The notes beneath the pieces were generated by a model, which had not been told where the DNA came from, searched no databases, and was given only the letters and a program-made list of their open reading frames with translations. A program made the translations under genes and the position numbers. A stretch of DNA of 58,478 nucleotides from Bacteroidales bacterium (lineage in GTDB: Bacteria > Bacteroidota > Bacteroidia > Bacteroidales > VadinHA17), in assembly GCA_025455395.1 (NCBI GenBank), contig JALOMO010000022.1, positions 1 to 58,478 on the forward strand, given 5' to 3'. Below, one piece after another: positions 8,421-17,753 of this stretch. Within the stretch, counting starts at the first letter, position 1, and the number at the start of each line of letters is the position of its first letter.

Positions 8421-8445
8421 GACAGGTAGTTTAAATAATATTTTT

Positions 8446-8581
8446 ACCACCCCGTCCACCAGCTGGCGGACACCCCTCCTTAAAAAAGGAGGGGAAATGT
8501 CTGATATTAAATACTTTAGATTTCTCCTCCTTGATAAGGAGGAGTACCCTGGCCGCCGGTTGGCGGACAGGGGGAGGTGGT
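8446..8581. repeat. two diverged double-hairpin core elements in inverted orientation
   Basis: 8446..8497 is accaccccgtccaccagctggcggacacccctccttaaaaaaggaggggaaa. 8521..8581 is its diverged reverse complement (tttctcctccttgataaggaggag...ggccgccggttggcggacagggggaggtggt). Confidence 0.9.
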
Positions 8582-8610
8582 AAATATAGTTACGCACCCT
8601 CTTTTTTTAT

Positions 8611-8618
8611 TACTTTTG
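8611..8618 (+). promoter_or_regulatory. candidate -7 box (TACTTTTG) for hflX
   Basis: Exact TAnnTTTG match, 15 nt upstream of ATG 8634. Confidence 0.35.
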
Positions 8619-8633
8619 CGGCTCAAATAGCTT

Positions 8634-9830
8634 ATGGCACAGAAAGAGAGCAGCACTGAGAAGGCGATACTGGTAGGGATAGTGACTCCCGAGATCAGCG
8701 AGGCAACAGCACATGAATATCTTGATGAGCTGGCCTTCCTGACAGAAACGGCAGGGGCAGAGCCGGTAAGATACTTCGTTCAGAAGGTTGAGCATGCCAA
8801 TCCCCGCACATTTGTCAACAAGGGTAAGATAGAAGAGATAGCTGCCTTCATTGAAGCCAATGATATCACTCTCTCAGTCTTTGATGATGAGCTCTCGCCC
8901 AGCCAGATGCGCAACATAGAGAAAGAGCTGAACTGCAGGGTCATTGACCGTACCAACCTCATCCTTGACATCTTTGCCCGTCGTGCCCGTACCTCACATG
9001 CCCGCACGCAGGTAGAGCTGGCGCAGTATCAGTACCTGCTTCCACGGCTGACAGGCATGTGGACACACCTTGAGAGACAGCGGGGGGGAATAGGACTGAG
9101 AGGCCCCGGTGAGACGGAGATAGAGACTGACCGCCGTATAATACGTGACAAAATCTCGAAGCTGAAGGAGCAGCTCAAGAAGATTGACACTCAGATGTCC
9201 ACACAGCGAAAGGGAAGAGGGAAAATGGTAAGAGTGGCGCTCGTGGGATATACCAACGTTGGCAAGTCAACACTGATGAACCTTATCAGCAAGAGCGACC
9301 TCTTCGCTGAAGACAAGTTGTTTGCAACACTCGACACCACAGTCAGGAAAGTGGTGATAGAAAACCTGCCCTTCCTTCTCTCAGACACCGTCGGGTTTAT
9401 CCGCAAGCTGCCGCATGACCTTGTTGAGTCGTTCAAATCGACCCTTGATGAGGTCAGAGAGGCTGACCTGCTGCTTCATATCATCGACATAGCCCACCAG
9501 GGATTCGAGGAGCAGATGGAGGTTGTCAATGCCACCCTGCGTGACCTTGAAGCTCTCAACAAGCCAACGATACTTGTTTTCAACAAGATCGATATATTTT
9601 CATATACATCCAGGGATGAATATGACCTCACTCCTTTGAAGAAGGAGCACAGGTCACTCGATGACCTTCGCAATACATGGATGGCATCTGATAAAGACCG
9701 TCGCACAGTCTTTATCTCAGCTAAGAAGAAAGAGAATATTGATGAGTTGCGGCAGATGATGTACGATGAGGTAAGGAGGATACACGTCAGGCGCTATCCT
9801 TACAACGACTTTCTTTATACGGCCTCCTGA
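8634..9830 (+). CDS. hflX: GTPase HflX
   Basis: HflX N-domain (ELAFLTETAGAE, DRTNLILDIFARRARTSHARTQVELAQ) and G-domain (GYTNVGKSTLMN, DTVGF, NKID). Confidence 0.9.
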   Translation: MAQKESSTEKAILVGIVTPEISEATAHEYLDELAFLTETAGAEPVRYFVQKVEHANPRTFVNKGKIEEIAAFIEANDITLSVFDDELSPSQMRNIEKELNCRVIDRTNLILDIFARRARTSHARTQVELAQYQYLLPRLTGMWTHLERQRGGIGLRGPGETEIETDRRIIRDKISKLKEQLKKIDTQMSTQRKGRGKMVRVALVGYTNVGKSTLMNLISKSDLFAEDKLFATLDTTVRKVVIENLPFLLSDTVGFIRKLPHDLVESFKSTLDEVREADLLLHIIDIAHQGFEEQMEVVNATLRDLEALNKPTILVFNKIDIFSYTSRDEYDLTPLKKEHRSLDDLRNTWMASDKDRRTVFISAKKKENIDELRQMMYDEVRRIHVRRYPYNDFLYTAS

Positions 9831-9834
9831 CCGT

Positions 9835-10827
9835 TTATCTCAGCAACCCTGCTGATACCATGTATTCTGCTATCTGTACCGCGTTTGTGGCTGCACCTTT
9901 CCTGATATTATCAGCTACGACCCACATATTGAGAGATCTCTCCTGTGAGAAATCGCGCCTGACACGTCCTACAAAGACCTCGTCGCGGTCATGCGCTATA
10001 AGAGGCATGGGGTATATTCTTTCGTCAGGATTGTCATAGAGGATCAGCCCTGGGGATGATGATAGCAGCTCTCTCACCCTTTCCAGTTCAAACTCCTTTG
10101 TAAACTCCACGTTGACAGCCTCTGAATGGCCTCCTTTTACAGGAACCCTGACGGCAGTGGCTGTGACACGTATCTCCTCATCATCGAAGATTTTTCGTGT
10201 CTCGTTCACCAGCTTCATCTCCTCTTTGGTGTAGCCGTTGTCCATAAAGATATCGCAGTGCGGCAGGCAGTTAAGGTCTATCTGGTAAGGATATACCATC
10301 TCGCCGCTGATGCCGCGTCGTTCATTGTCAAGTTGTGTAACCGCCCTGACCCCGGTACCGGTCACTGACTGGTATGTTGAAACGACCAGACGTCTGATGC
10401 CGTATTCCCTGTGGAGCGGGGCCAGCGCCATAAGCATCTGTATTGTCGAGCAGTTTGGATTGGCAATAATCTTATCTTTTACACTGATAGCTGAAGCATT
10501 GATCTCCGGCACCACCAGCGGTATTCCTTTCTCCATCCTCCATGCTGATGAGTTATCAATCACCACAGTGCCATTCTCTGCAAATACCGGAGCCCACTCC
10601 CTCGATATAGATGCACCTGCGGAGAAGAGTGCCACCCCGGCCTTCGCCTCAACAGCCTCCATCACACTCACCACACTCACAGGCTTACCCCTGAAGGTCA
10701 CCTCACGCCCTGACGACCTTTCTGACGCCGCAGGAATCAGTGTGTCAACCGGAAAGTTTCTCTCTTCAAGAACCTTAAGCATCATCCTGCCTACCATACC
10801 TGTTGCACCAACAACAACAACTTTCAT
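9835..10827 (-). CDS. asd: aspartate-semialdehyde dehydrogenase
   Basis: MKVVVVGATGMVG Rossmann N-terminus, active-site region IIANPNCSTIQM, GGHSEAVNVEF. The track ORF has a 17-codon upstream extension; ATG 10827 fits family N-termini. Confidence 0.9.
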   Translation of the reverse strand: MKVVVVGATGMVGRMMLKVLEERNFPVDTLIPAASERSSGREVTFRGKPVSVVSVMEAVEAKAGVALFSAGASISREWAPVFAENGTVVIDNSSAWRMEKGIPLVVPEINASAISVKDKIIANPNCSTIQMLMALAPLHREYGIRRLVVSTYQSVTGTGVRAVTQLDNERRGISGEMVYPYQIDLNCLPHCDIFMDNGYTKEEMKLVNETRKIFDDEEIRVTATAVRVPVKGGHSEAVNVEFTKEFELERVRELLSSSPGLILYDNPDERIYPMPLIAHDRDEVFVGRVRRDFSQERSLNMWVVADNIRKGAATNAVQIAEYMVSAGLLR

Positions 10828-10903
10828 TTTATTACTATTTGAAAAAATTATACGAACTTTATTTCGAAAATCCGACAAATTTAATCTTTTTTATTCTCGC
10901 TGC

Positions 10904-13510
10904 ATGAAAAAGGTTATTCTGATGTCGTTGATGCTGCTTTCGTTGTGCACATCAGCGCAGGTTTGCCACACCTTCGAGGAGGCAACAACAGAGGGCTGGA
11001 CATTCAGCCTGCCTGACAGCTGGAGGGCTGACAGCGTCAAGCCTCTGATTGGCTCATATTCACTTCATCATTCATGGGACAACATCGAATCATCTGCCGA
11101 TGCTGCAACTTTCAGCATATCAGGACTATGCCCTGAGTGTGCCCCGGTAATGTGGCAGTTTACCATCAGACACGGGACTGACCCTTCCTCTTCCAACAGG
11201 TGGTCATTCATACTTATGAGTGATGCAGGTGCCAGTGAGATAATCAGCGGAAGCGGTTATAACGGTTTCGCAGTTGGAGTCAATGCCACCGGATATGATG
11301 ATACTCTTAGAATGTGGCACATTACAGGAGGGAAGGCGGAGGTGGTGGTGACAACAGGCATCAACTGGCAGGCCGATGTAGGGGTAGATGAAGCAATGAC
11401 TATAATAGTGAGGAGGTCGGAAGCAGGAGAGTGGAGGGTGGAAGTGGGAGAGCAGGGAGCAGGGAGCTGGGGGCAGGGAGCGTGGAGCGGAACTGAGCAG
11501 AAGCTTTATGTGCCAAGGTATGCAGGGATTGTCTATACATATACTGCGACACGTGACAGGCTTTTGTGGCTGGATGATGTCTGTGTAAGCGGTACATATA
11601 TTGCTGACACCCTCCCGCCAGGGATAATATCCGTTGCAGCCCTGAGTCCTGATATGTTACAGTTAATGCTTGACGAGGAGCCTGACGGCAGCTTTACGGA
11701 AGAAGGGAATATCAGCATCGGTTCTGATAACAAGATTATTAAAATTTCACGTATCAGTCCTGCAGCTTATGTATTACACCTTGCCAAAAAGATTCGCAAC
11801 AGGGAGACTGCAACGATCAAATTCGGCAGCCTGTGCGACCTTACAGGCAACTGCACACCAGGGAAGGAGTTCAGCTTCGTCCCTTATTATGCTGTCACAG
11901 GTGATGTTGTCGTCTCCGAGATTATGGCAGATCCCTCGCCCCCTGTAAGACTTCCCGAATGTGAGTACCTGGAGATCACCAACCGTACAGGCGACAGGCT
12001 CTTCACCGGCGGATGGCACCTGATAGCAGACAGTGACAGCGCCACTCTTCCTGACAGGTGGCTGAAGCCGGGTGAGATCGTGATACTGTGCTCCGCCTCA
12101 AAGACATCACTTTTCAAAGGTCAGGGGGAGGTGCTGGGCCTCAGCTCTTTCCCAACCCTTAATGATGGCGGTGAGACAATAGCACTTCGCGATGCAACAG
12201 GCTCACTTATACATGCCGTGCCCTTCACTCCGGCTTTCTACAATGACGGATACCGGTCAGGTGGAGGATGGTCAGCCGAGATGACCGACATGTCGAATCC
12301 TTTCAACACGCCGGAGGCATGGAGAGCATCTGTTGATCCTTCCGGCGGCACGCCGGGGCGGGCAAACTCGGTAGTCGCAGTAACAGATGATAATGACTGC
12401 CCGGAGATAATTGCCGCATGGCCCTTGTCTGTTGAGCTGGTAAGAGTGCTTTTTTCAGAGACCGTCATTACAGAGCGAGAGGAGGGATGGTTGACAGGCG
12501 GAGAGAGAACCATGCCACCTTTATCAGATGACATTGCTGACCGGGCATGGCTGGTGCCACTGGATGATGAGTTGGAGGCCGGAGCTATTTATACTCTTAG
12601 TGTCCCGGCCACCGTCAGTGATTTTGCCGGTAATGTGCCATGCACAACTGATGTGAAGATCGGACTGCCGGTCACTCCCGCTGCAGGGGAGATACTCTTC
12701 AACGAGCTCCTCTTTGACCCTCTTCCGGGTTGCGATGACTATGCAGAGCTGTATAACAATTCTGGCAGGATATTTTCTCTCTCAGAGCTGTCCCTGGCGA
12801 ACGGCAGCAGTGCTGCTGCTACTAGAGTGTCTGAGATACCAAGGCTCCTCTTTCCGGGTGAATACATGGCGCTGACAACCGCCAGGAAGGCTTTGCTGGA
12901 CAATTATCATTGCAGCGACAGAAGTTTTGTGCATGAGGTACTGCTGCTGCCATCAATGCCTGATGACAAAGGCAGCCTGGTGCTGCTGAACAGTGAGATG
13001 ACCATTCTTGACAGGGTTGATTACCACAGCTCGATGCACCTCTCATTTCTCTCGGGCACTGAAGGGATTTCACTGGAGAAGGTGGCGCCCGGTCTCCCTT
13101 CAGATATCTCCTCCAACTGGCATTCGGCATCGGAGGTATGCGGATGGGGAACGCCGGGAACTGAAAATTCTGTCAGCCTCTGTTTTGTTGACGAAAAGAG
13201 TGGCATGAACCTCTCTTCAGGCCGCATTTCTCCTGATGGAGACGGGTTTGAGGATGTGATCTCGGTCGATATATTTCCCGGCGGCGATGACAATATGATC
13301 ACAGTAACACTCTTCACTGACCGCGGAAGAATGGTCAGGCGGCTGGCGGAAAGATTCAGCGCAGGACGGGGTGCCAGGTTTGTATGGGACGGCACTGATG
13401 ATTACGGGGGAAGAGTGCCGGCAGGTCTCTATATTATTATCGGAGAGTCATTTAACCCTAATGGAAAGACTCAGCGATGGAAAGAAGTGTGTGCTTTGCT
13501 GTACCGGTGA
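10904..13510 (+). CDS. secreted lamin-tail-domain (LTD) protein with N-terminal lectin-like domain and C-terminal Ig-like domain
   Basis: Real start is MKKVILMSLMLLSLCTSAQ (ATG 10904). Two LTD-like segments (VVVSEIMADPSP..EYLEITNRTG and EILFNELLFDPLPG..YAELYNNSG). C-terminal ISPDGDGFED...WDGTDDYGGRVPAGLYII module. Confidence 0.7.
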   Translation: MKKVILMSLMLLSLCTSAQVCHTFEEATTEGWTFSLPDSWRADSVKPLIGSYSLHHSWDNIESSADAATFSISGLCPECAPVMWQFTIRHGTDPSSSNRWSFILMSDAGASEIISGSGYNGFAVGVNATGYDDTLRMWHITGGKAEVVVTTGINWQADVGVDEAMTIIVRRSEAGEWRVEVGEQGAGSWGQGAWSGTEQKLYVPRYAGIVYTYTATRDRLLWLDDVCVSGTYIADTLPPGIISVAALSPDMLQLMLDEEPDGSFTEEGNISIGSDNKIIKISRISPAAYVLHLAKKIRNRETATIKFGSLCDLTGNCTPGKEFSFVPYYAVTGDVVVSEIMADPSPPVRLPECEYLEITNRTGDRLFTGGWHLIADSDSATLPDRWLKPGEIVILCSASKTSLFKGQGEVLGLSSFPTLNDGGETIALRDATGSLIHAVPFTPAFYNDGYRSGGGWSAEMTDMSNPFNTPEAWRASVDPSGGTPGRANSVVAVTDDNDCPEIIAAWPLSVELVRVLFSETVITEREEGWLTGGERTMPPLSDDIADRAWLVPLDDELEAGAIYTLSVPATVSDFAGNVPCTTDVKIGLPVTPAAGEILFNELLFDPLPGCDDYAELYNNSGRIFSLSELSLANGSSAAATRVSEIPRLLFPGEYMALTTARKALLDNYHCSDRSFVHEVLLLPSMPDDKGSLVLLNSEMTILDRVDYHSSMHLSFLSGTEGISLEKVAPGLPSDISSNWHSASEVCGWGTPGTENSVSLCFVDEKSGMNLSSGRISPDGDGFEDVISVDIFPGGDDNMITVTLFTDRGRMVRRLAERFSAGRGARFVWDGTDDYGGRVPAGLYIIIGESFNPNGKTQRWKEVCALLYR
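11436..11490 (-). repeat. degenerate heptad array (CTCCCTG-type) embedded in frame in the LTD gene
   Basis: Plus strand reads cagggag cagggag ctggggg cagggag cgtggag. The reverse complement contains gctccacgctccc (also at 44359..44371) and ccctgctccctgc (also at 43287..43299). Confidence 0.75.
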
Positions 13511-13513
13511 ATC

Positions 13514-14323
13514 TCAGAAAGAGGCGATCAGCTCTTTCATGATCATCGTCATCTTCCGCTCACTCTGTTCTGCAGCCAGCTGTACAGACTCATGAGTCGT
13601 GAATTCGATCTTTCCTTCAACACCGAGATCTGTGATAATGCTTACTGCAAAACAGGGAACGCTCATGTGCCTGGCCGTGATCACCTCCGGTGTTGTGGAC
13701 ATACCCACAGCATCAGCCCCGATGGTGCGGAAGTAACGGTATTCTGCCGGGGTCTCGAATGTAGGTCCGGTGGTTGACAGGTAGACGCCCCGTGTAACAG
13801 GTATGCCGAGTCTTCCGGCTATGGTCTCAGCCTTTGCAATGAGTTGCCTGTCGTATGCCTCGCTCATATCAGGGAAGCGCGGGCCGATACGCTCATCATT
13901 AGGCCCCAGAAGCGGGTTGGGCAACAGGCTGATATGATCCTTTATGATCATTATGTCACCTATCTTGTAATCTGGATTGGTGCCGCCGGCAGCATTGGAA
14001 AGAAAGAGAGCCCTTATGCCCAGCTGCTTCATCACCCTGATGGGAAAGGTTACCTGCTCTGAACCGTAACCTTCATAGAAATGAAACCGTCCTTTCATGG
14101 CTACGATCTTCTTCCCTCCGAAATCGCCGTAGATAAGTTTGCCTGCATGGCCTTTCACTGTTGAAAGAGGAAAATCGGGGATATCGGCATAGGGTATCTC
14201 AATCTGGTTCTCAATTGCTGTAGTAAGCCCTCCAAGCCCTGTGCCAAGTACTATTCCGGCCTCAGGTGCTATGAATCCTCTTGACCTGAGGAATTCAACT
14301 GTGTTAACTATGTTTTCCAGCAT
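13514..14323 (-). CDS. punA: purine nucleoside phosphorylase (trimeric PNP-I type)
   Basis: GIVLGTGLGGL, MKGRFHFYEGY, SNAAGGTNP, VGMSTTPEV motifs. Confidence 0.85.
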   Translation of the reverse strand: MLENIVNTVEFLRSRGFIAPEAGIVLGTGLGGLTTAIENQIEIPYADIPDFPLSTVKGHAGKLIYGDFGGKKIVAMKGRFHFYEGYGSEQVTFPIRVMKQLGIRALFLSNAAGGTNPDYKIGDIMIIKDHISLLPNPLLGPNDERIGPRFPDMSEAYDRQLIAKAETIAGRLGIPVTRGVYLSTTGPTFETPAEYRYFRTIGADAVGMSTTPEVITARHMSVPCFAVSIITDLGVEGKIEFTTHESVQLAAEQSERKMTMIMKELIASF

Positions 14324-15356
14324 ATCCGGTAATCTTTTTCAAAAATATTTCTTCATCCTTTATAAAAACTACCCCAACAGGTATGTAATACATTGACTCC
14401 CTGACGTAGTCTGCAATATTAGTGATTTCTTTTAACCTGACACCATCCTTTTCTGTGGTGATGATCAGCCTCTCCTTTGCCGTAATCAGGTCAAAGGCTT
14501 CAGTAATCCTTTTTAGATCACTGTCTGAGAAGTGGTGATGATCGGGGAATGAGAGGTGTGTCACTTCGCCAGACATATTCATGAGGTAGCTTTTCAATGG
14601 TTCAGGTTCGGCAATACCTGTGACAAGCAATATTGCGGTACCAGGAGTAATATCTCTTTGTCCTGAATTGAAAAGGGGCACAGGCTTACGGTATGCCAGA
14701 CAGGTGAAAAAGAGGCTTTGCCGGGGGCCTGGATTTATCTCTCTCCTGATACGGTCAGTCTGTTCTTCAGTTATATCCTGTGGTGCTTTGGTGACTATGA
14801 TTATATCCGCCCTGCTCATCCCGCGAAGATTCTCTCTCAACATACCAAGCGGGAGCAGACGGTCATGGGTCATCAGCCTGTTATAACTGGTGAGCAGGAT
14901 ATTCAGTCCGGCCTTTACCGCCCTGTGTTGAAAACCATCATCAAGGATCACAGCCTCAGCAGATGGGGTGGTTCTCAATATCTCCCTTATCCCGTTTGCC
15001 CTGTCACGGTCAACAAATATGCTTGCCCTGGTCAGACTGCGTGCCATCAGTAAAGGTTCATCGCCTGAGAGCGTTACAGAGCTCTCAGGCGTGACGTGCC
15101 TGAATCCCCTGCTCTTCCTGAGATATCCGCGGCTGAGAACAGCGACATCCATCATTTCCGAAAGCTTTCCGGCGATATAGATAACATGTGGTGTTTTGCC
15201 GGTACCTCCTGCGGTTATGTTACCTACGCATATTACCGGAAGAGGAAACCTATGACCTCTTAATACGTCGAGATCATATAAAATGTTACGTAATGCAACA
15301 ACTGATCCGTAGATCACCGCTGCAGGCCAGAGGAGAATATCCCTCAGCAGGGTCAT
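14304..15356 (-). CDS. lpxK: tetraacyldisaccharide 4'-kinase
   Basis: Walker A GNITAGGTGKTP plus SRGY and LDDGFQH motifs. Overlaps the downstream PNP start by 20 nt. Confidence 0.9.
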   Translation of the reverse strand: MTLLRDILLWPAAVIYGSVVALRNILYDLDVLRGHRFPLPVICVGNITAGGTGKTPHVIYIAGKLSEMMDVAVLSRGYLRKSRGFRHVTPESSVTLSGDEPLLMARSLTRASIFVDRDRANGIREILRTTPSAEAVILDDGFQHRAVKAGLNILLTSYNRLMTHDRLLPLGMLRENLRGMSRADIIIVTKAPQDITEEQTDRIRREINPGPRQSLFFTCLAYRKPVPLFNSGQRDITPGTAILLVTGIAEPEPLKSYLMNMSGEVTHLSFPDHHHFSDSDLKRITEAFDLITAKERLIITTEKDGVRLKEITNIADYVRESMYYIPVGVVFIKDEEIFLKKITGYAGKHS

Positions 15357-15357
15357 T

Positions 15358-17127
15358 TTAATAAATATCTATATACCAGGGCATTACAGCCTGAACGCCT
15401 CCGGAAGCGATAATTTCCTTAAGATCAAAGTAATACCTTGATAACGGCCCGAGCTCTTCGCGGACAGCTCTTATTTTCATTTCCCCTGTCATGTCGTTCA
15501 GAAGTTTTGTATAGAAGTCTTCAGCTTCCGGCCTTTCAATGATCCTGTAAGCATCAAGCCCTGCCAGCGAGGCTGCCTCTCTGACGGCATCATTAAGACC
15601 GCCATAAGCGTCAACGAGACCTATCCCGGTGGCGTCAGAGCCGCTCCAGACATGACCCTGTCCGATGCTGTCAACTGCTGCCTGGCTCATTTTTCTGCCT
15701 GAGGCCACCACACTGGTGAATGTGCTGTATGTGCGTTCAACGTTTGCCTGAAGCACTTCTCTTTCAAAGGCTGTCAGAGGCCTGGTGAATGATGGTCCGT
15801 CGGAATTGGCATTTGTTTTAACTACGTCTGTATTCAGACCGAGTTTTTTGTCAATCAGTGTTTCGGCATTGGGAATCAGGCCGAATACGCCTATAGATCC
15901 TGTTACCGTCACCGGTGATGCGAATATCTTCTGTGCCGCTGCTGCGATATAATATCCTCCACTGGCAGCGTAGTTACCCATCGAGACAACCACAGGCTTG
16001 ACCCTGGCTGTCAGCTCAACCTCGCGCCATATCAGATCAGAGGCAATAGCGTTACCACCCCTTGAGTTGACTCTGAAGACAACAGCCTTAATCGCCGAGT
16101 CAGTCCTGATGTCTCGCAGCAGTGATGCATACCTGCTGCCACCTATGTTTGTATCATCGCCTTCGCCCATAACTATGCTTCCCTCGGCAAAAACTACTGC
16201 TATCTTTGCCTTGCCAGCGCCTCCGGCATGTTTCTCCGGGACCTTGCTGTATTTGGTCATTGAGACATAACTTATCTTCTTGCCATCTTCAACGCCGGCC
16301 GACACTCTAATGCTATCCTCAAGCTGATCACGGTAAATCATTCCGTCTACAAGCCCCTCTTTCTCCATGAGTGCGATATTAAAACCTGCCATTGAATCAG
16401 CCAGTTGCATGACACGTTCCTCAGTCACACCTCTTGACTCGGCGATTACCTTCACAACATGTTCCCATATTGAACCGACATATTCCGAGATCTGGTACCT
16501 GTTCTCGTCGCTCAGTTCATCGAGCATATAGGGTTCAACGGCTCCCTTGAATTTTCCATGACGTATAACCTGCACGTCCACTCCGAGCTTTTCAAGCGCC
16601 TCGCGGTAGAAGATCACCTCAGCTGCCAGCCCCTTGAAATCGAACATTGATGTCGGATTAAGCCATATCTCATCGGCAGAGGTCGAGATGAAATAGCTTT
16701 CCTGCATCATCATATAGTCTGAGTATGAGTAAATGAATTTACCTGATTCCCTGAACTCAATAAGTGCCTGGCGAATCTCATCTGCCGTAGCCCAGCCTGA
16801 CGGCATGATGCCGTTCTCTATCAGTATCCCTTTTATATCGTCATCAGCAGCGGCTTTGCGTATATTGTTCAGAATATCATTAAGACCCGGTGCTGCGGAG
16901 AATGTCATTGACATTGGATCAATAAATGCCAGTGGGTTGCTTCCGGTGCGGTCGGGAATAAATGATCCGGTCTTGAGCACAAGAACTGACTTCTCAGGTA
17001 TATCTGCAGGCTTGCTTCCCGACGCCACCATGGCAGAAACCGCTGTGAGCATGATTATAAAAAATAAGATGCTTGTTATTATCAGGCCCACAATTGTTGC
17101 GAAGGTCATCTTCAGAAATGCTTTCAT
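15358..17127 (-). CDS. sppA: signal peptide peptidase SppA, 67K type
   Basis: N-terminal TM then two ClpP/crotonase-like halves (NSRGGNAIASD, GNYAASGGYYIA). The track start 17154 is a TTG; ATG 17127 (MKAFLKMTF) fits family N-termini. Confidence 0.85.
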   Translation of the reverse strand: MKAFLKMTFATIVGLIITSILFFIIMLTAVSAMVASGSKPADIPEKSVLVLKTGSFIPDRTGSNPLAFIDPMSMTFSAAPGLNDILNNIRKAAADDDIKGILIENGIMPSGWATADEIRQALIEFRESGKFIYSYSDYMMMQESYFISTSADEIWLNPTSMFDFKGLAAEVIFYREALEKLGVDVQVIRHGKFKGAVEPYMLDELSDENRYQISEYVGSIWEHVVKVIAESRGVTEERVMQLADSMAGFNIALMEKEGLVDGMIYRDQLEDSIRVSAGVEDGKKISYVSMTKYSKVPEKHAGGAGKAKIAVVFAEGSIVMGEGDDTNIGGSRYASLLRDIRTDSAIKAVVFRVNSRGGNAIASDLIWREVELTARVKPVVVSMGNYAASGGYYIAAAAQKIFASPVTVTGSIGVFGLIPNAETLIDKKLGLNTDVVKTNANSDGPSFTRPLTAFEREVLQANVERTYSTFTSVVASGRKMSQAAVDSIGQGHVWSGSDATGIGLVDAYGGLNDAVREAASLAGLDAYRIIERPEAEDFYTKLLNDMTGEMKIRAVREELGPLSRYYFDLKEIIASGGVQAVMPWYIDIY

Positions 17128-17195
17128 TGTATAAGGATTAATTTCGATCGCCAAATTATAAAAAAATCAAGCATCTTTATGACCTTAAATCTTTT

Positions 17196-17753
17196 ATGAT
17201 GCAATTATCGGCTGACAGCCGGCACGGTCGTTCAACGGTGATGATCGGGCTCGGCAGCAATATGGGCGACCGGGCTGAATGCCTGTCACGTGCCATTGCC
17301 ATTCTCAGGGAGGAGGCCGGTGAGATAATCGCCTTCTCATCAGTATGGGAGACCGAGCCGTGGGGCTTTGATGCAGATGACCTGTTCCTGAATATGGTAG
17401 TTGTTATAGAGACCGGTCTGCAGCCTCAGCAGCTCATGCAGCTCTGCAGGTCAGCTGAGGGCAGGCTTGGTCGCAGACGTAACACAGGACGAAGATATGA
17501 GTCCAGGGTAATTGACATTGACATCCTTCTCTGGGAGGATCGGGTTATTTCCCTCCCCGGTCTCGAGGTGCCGCATCCCCGGCTTGCCGACAGGAAATTT
17601 GTGCTTGTACCTCTTAACGAGATTGCCCCTGATGCCGTTCACCCCGAGACAGGACAGAAAGTGAGCGAACTGCTGGCGATGTGTGATGATATGTCAGAAG
17701 TGAGGCTCTCGAAGGAAAAAGTTCAGAGCGCCCCGTTATCGGCAAAACTGTAG
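17196..17753 (+). CDS. folK: 2-amino-4-hydroxy-6-hydroxymethyldihydropteridine diphosphokinase
   Basis: IGLGSNMGDR, WETEPWG, FLNMVV, RVIDIDIL, EVPHPRLADRKFVLVPLNEI motifs. Confidence 0.85.
   Translation: MMQLSADSRHGRSTVMIGLGSNMGDRAECLSRAIAILREEAGEIIAFSSVWETEPWGFDADDLFLNMVVVIETGLQPQQLMQLCRSAEGRLGRRRNTGRRYESRVIDIDILLWEDRVISLPGLEVPHPRLADRKFVLVPLNEIAPDAVHPETGQKVSELLAMCDDMSEVRLSKEKVQSAPLSAKL

Noticed and set aside
10310-10903. A 198-codon N-terminal extension of the 1066-aa track ORF, lying antisense to asd.
   Set aside because: It fully overlaps the well-supported asd gene on the opposite strand. The extension is low-complexity (Ser/Thr/Ala/Leu). A canonical signal peptide (MKKVILMSLMLLSLCTSAQ) begins at ATG 10904, just past the asd start.
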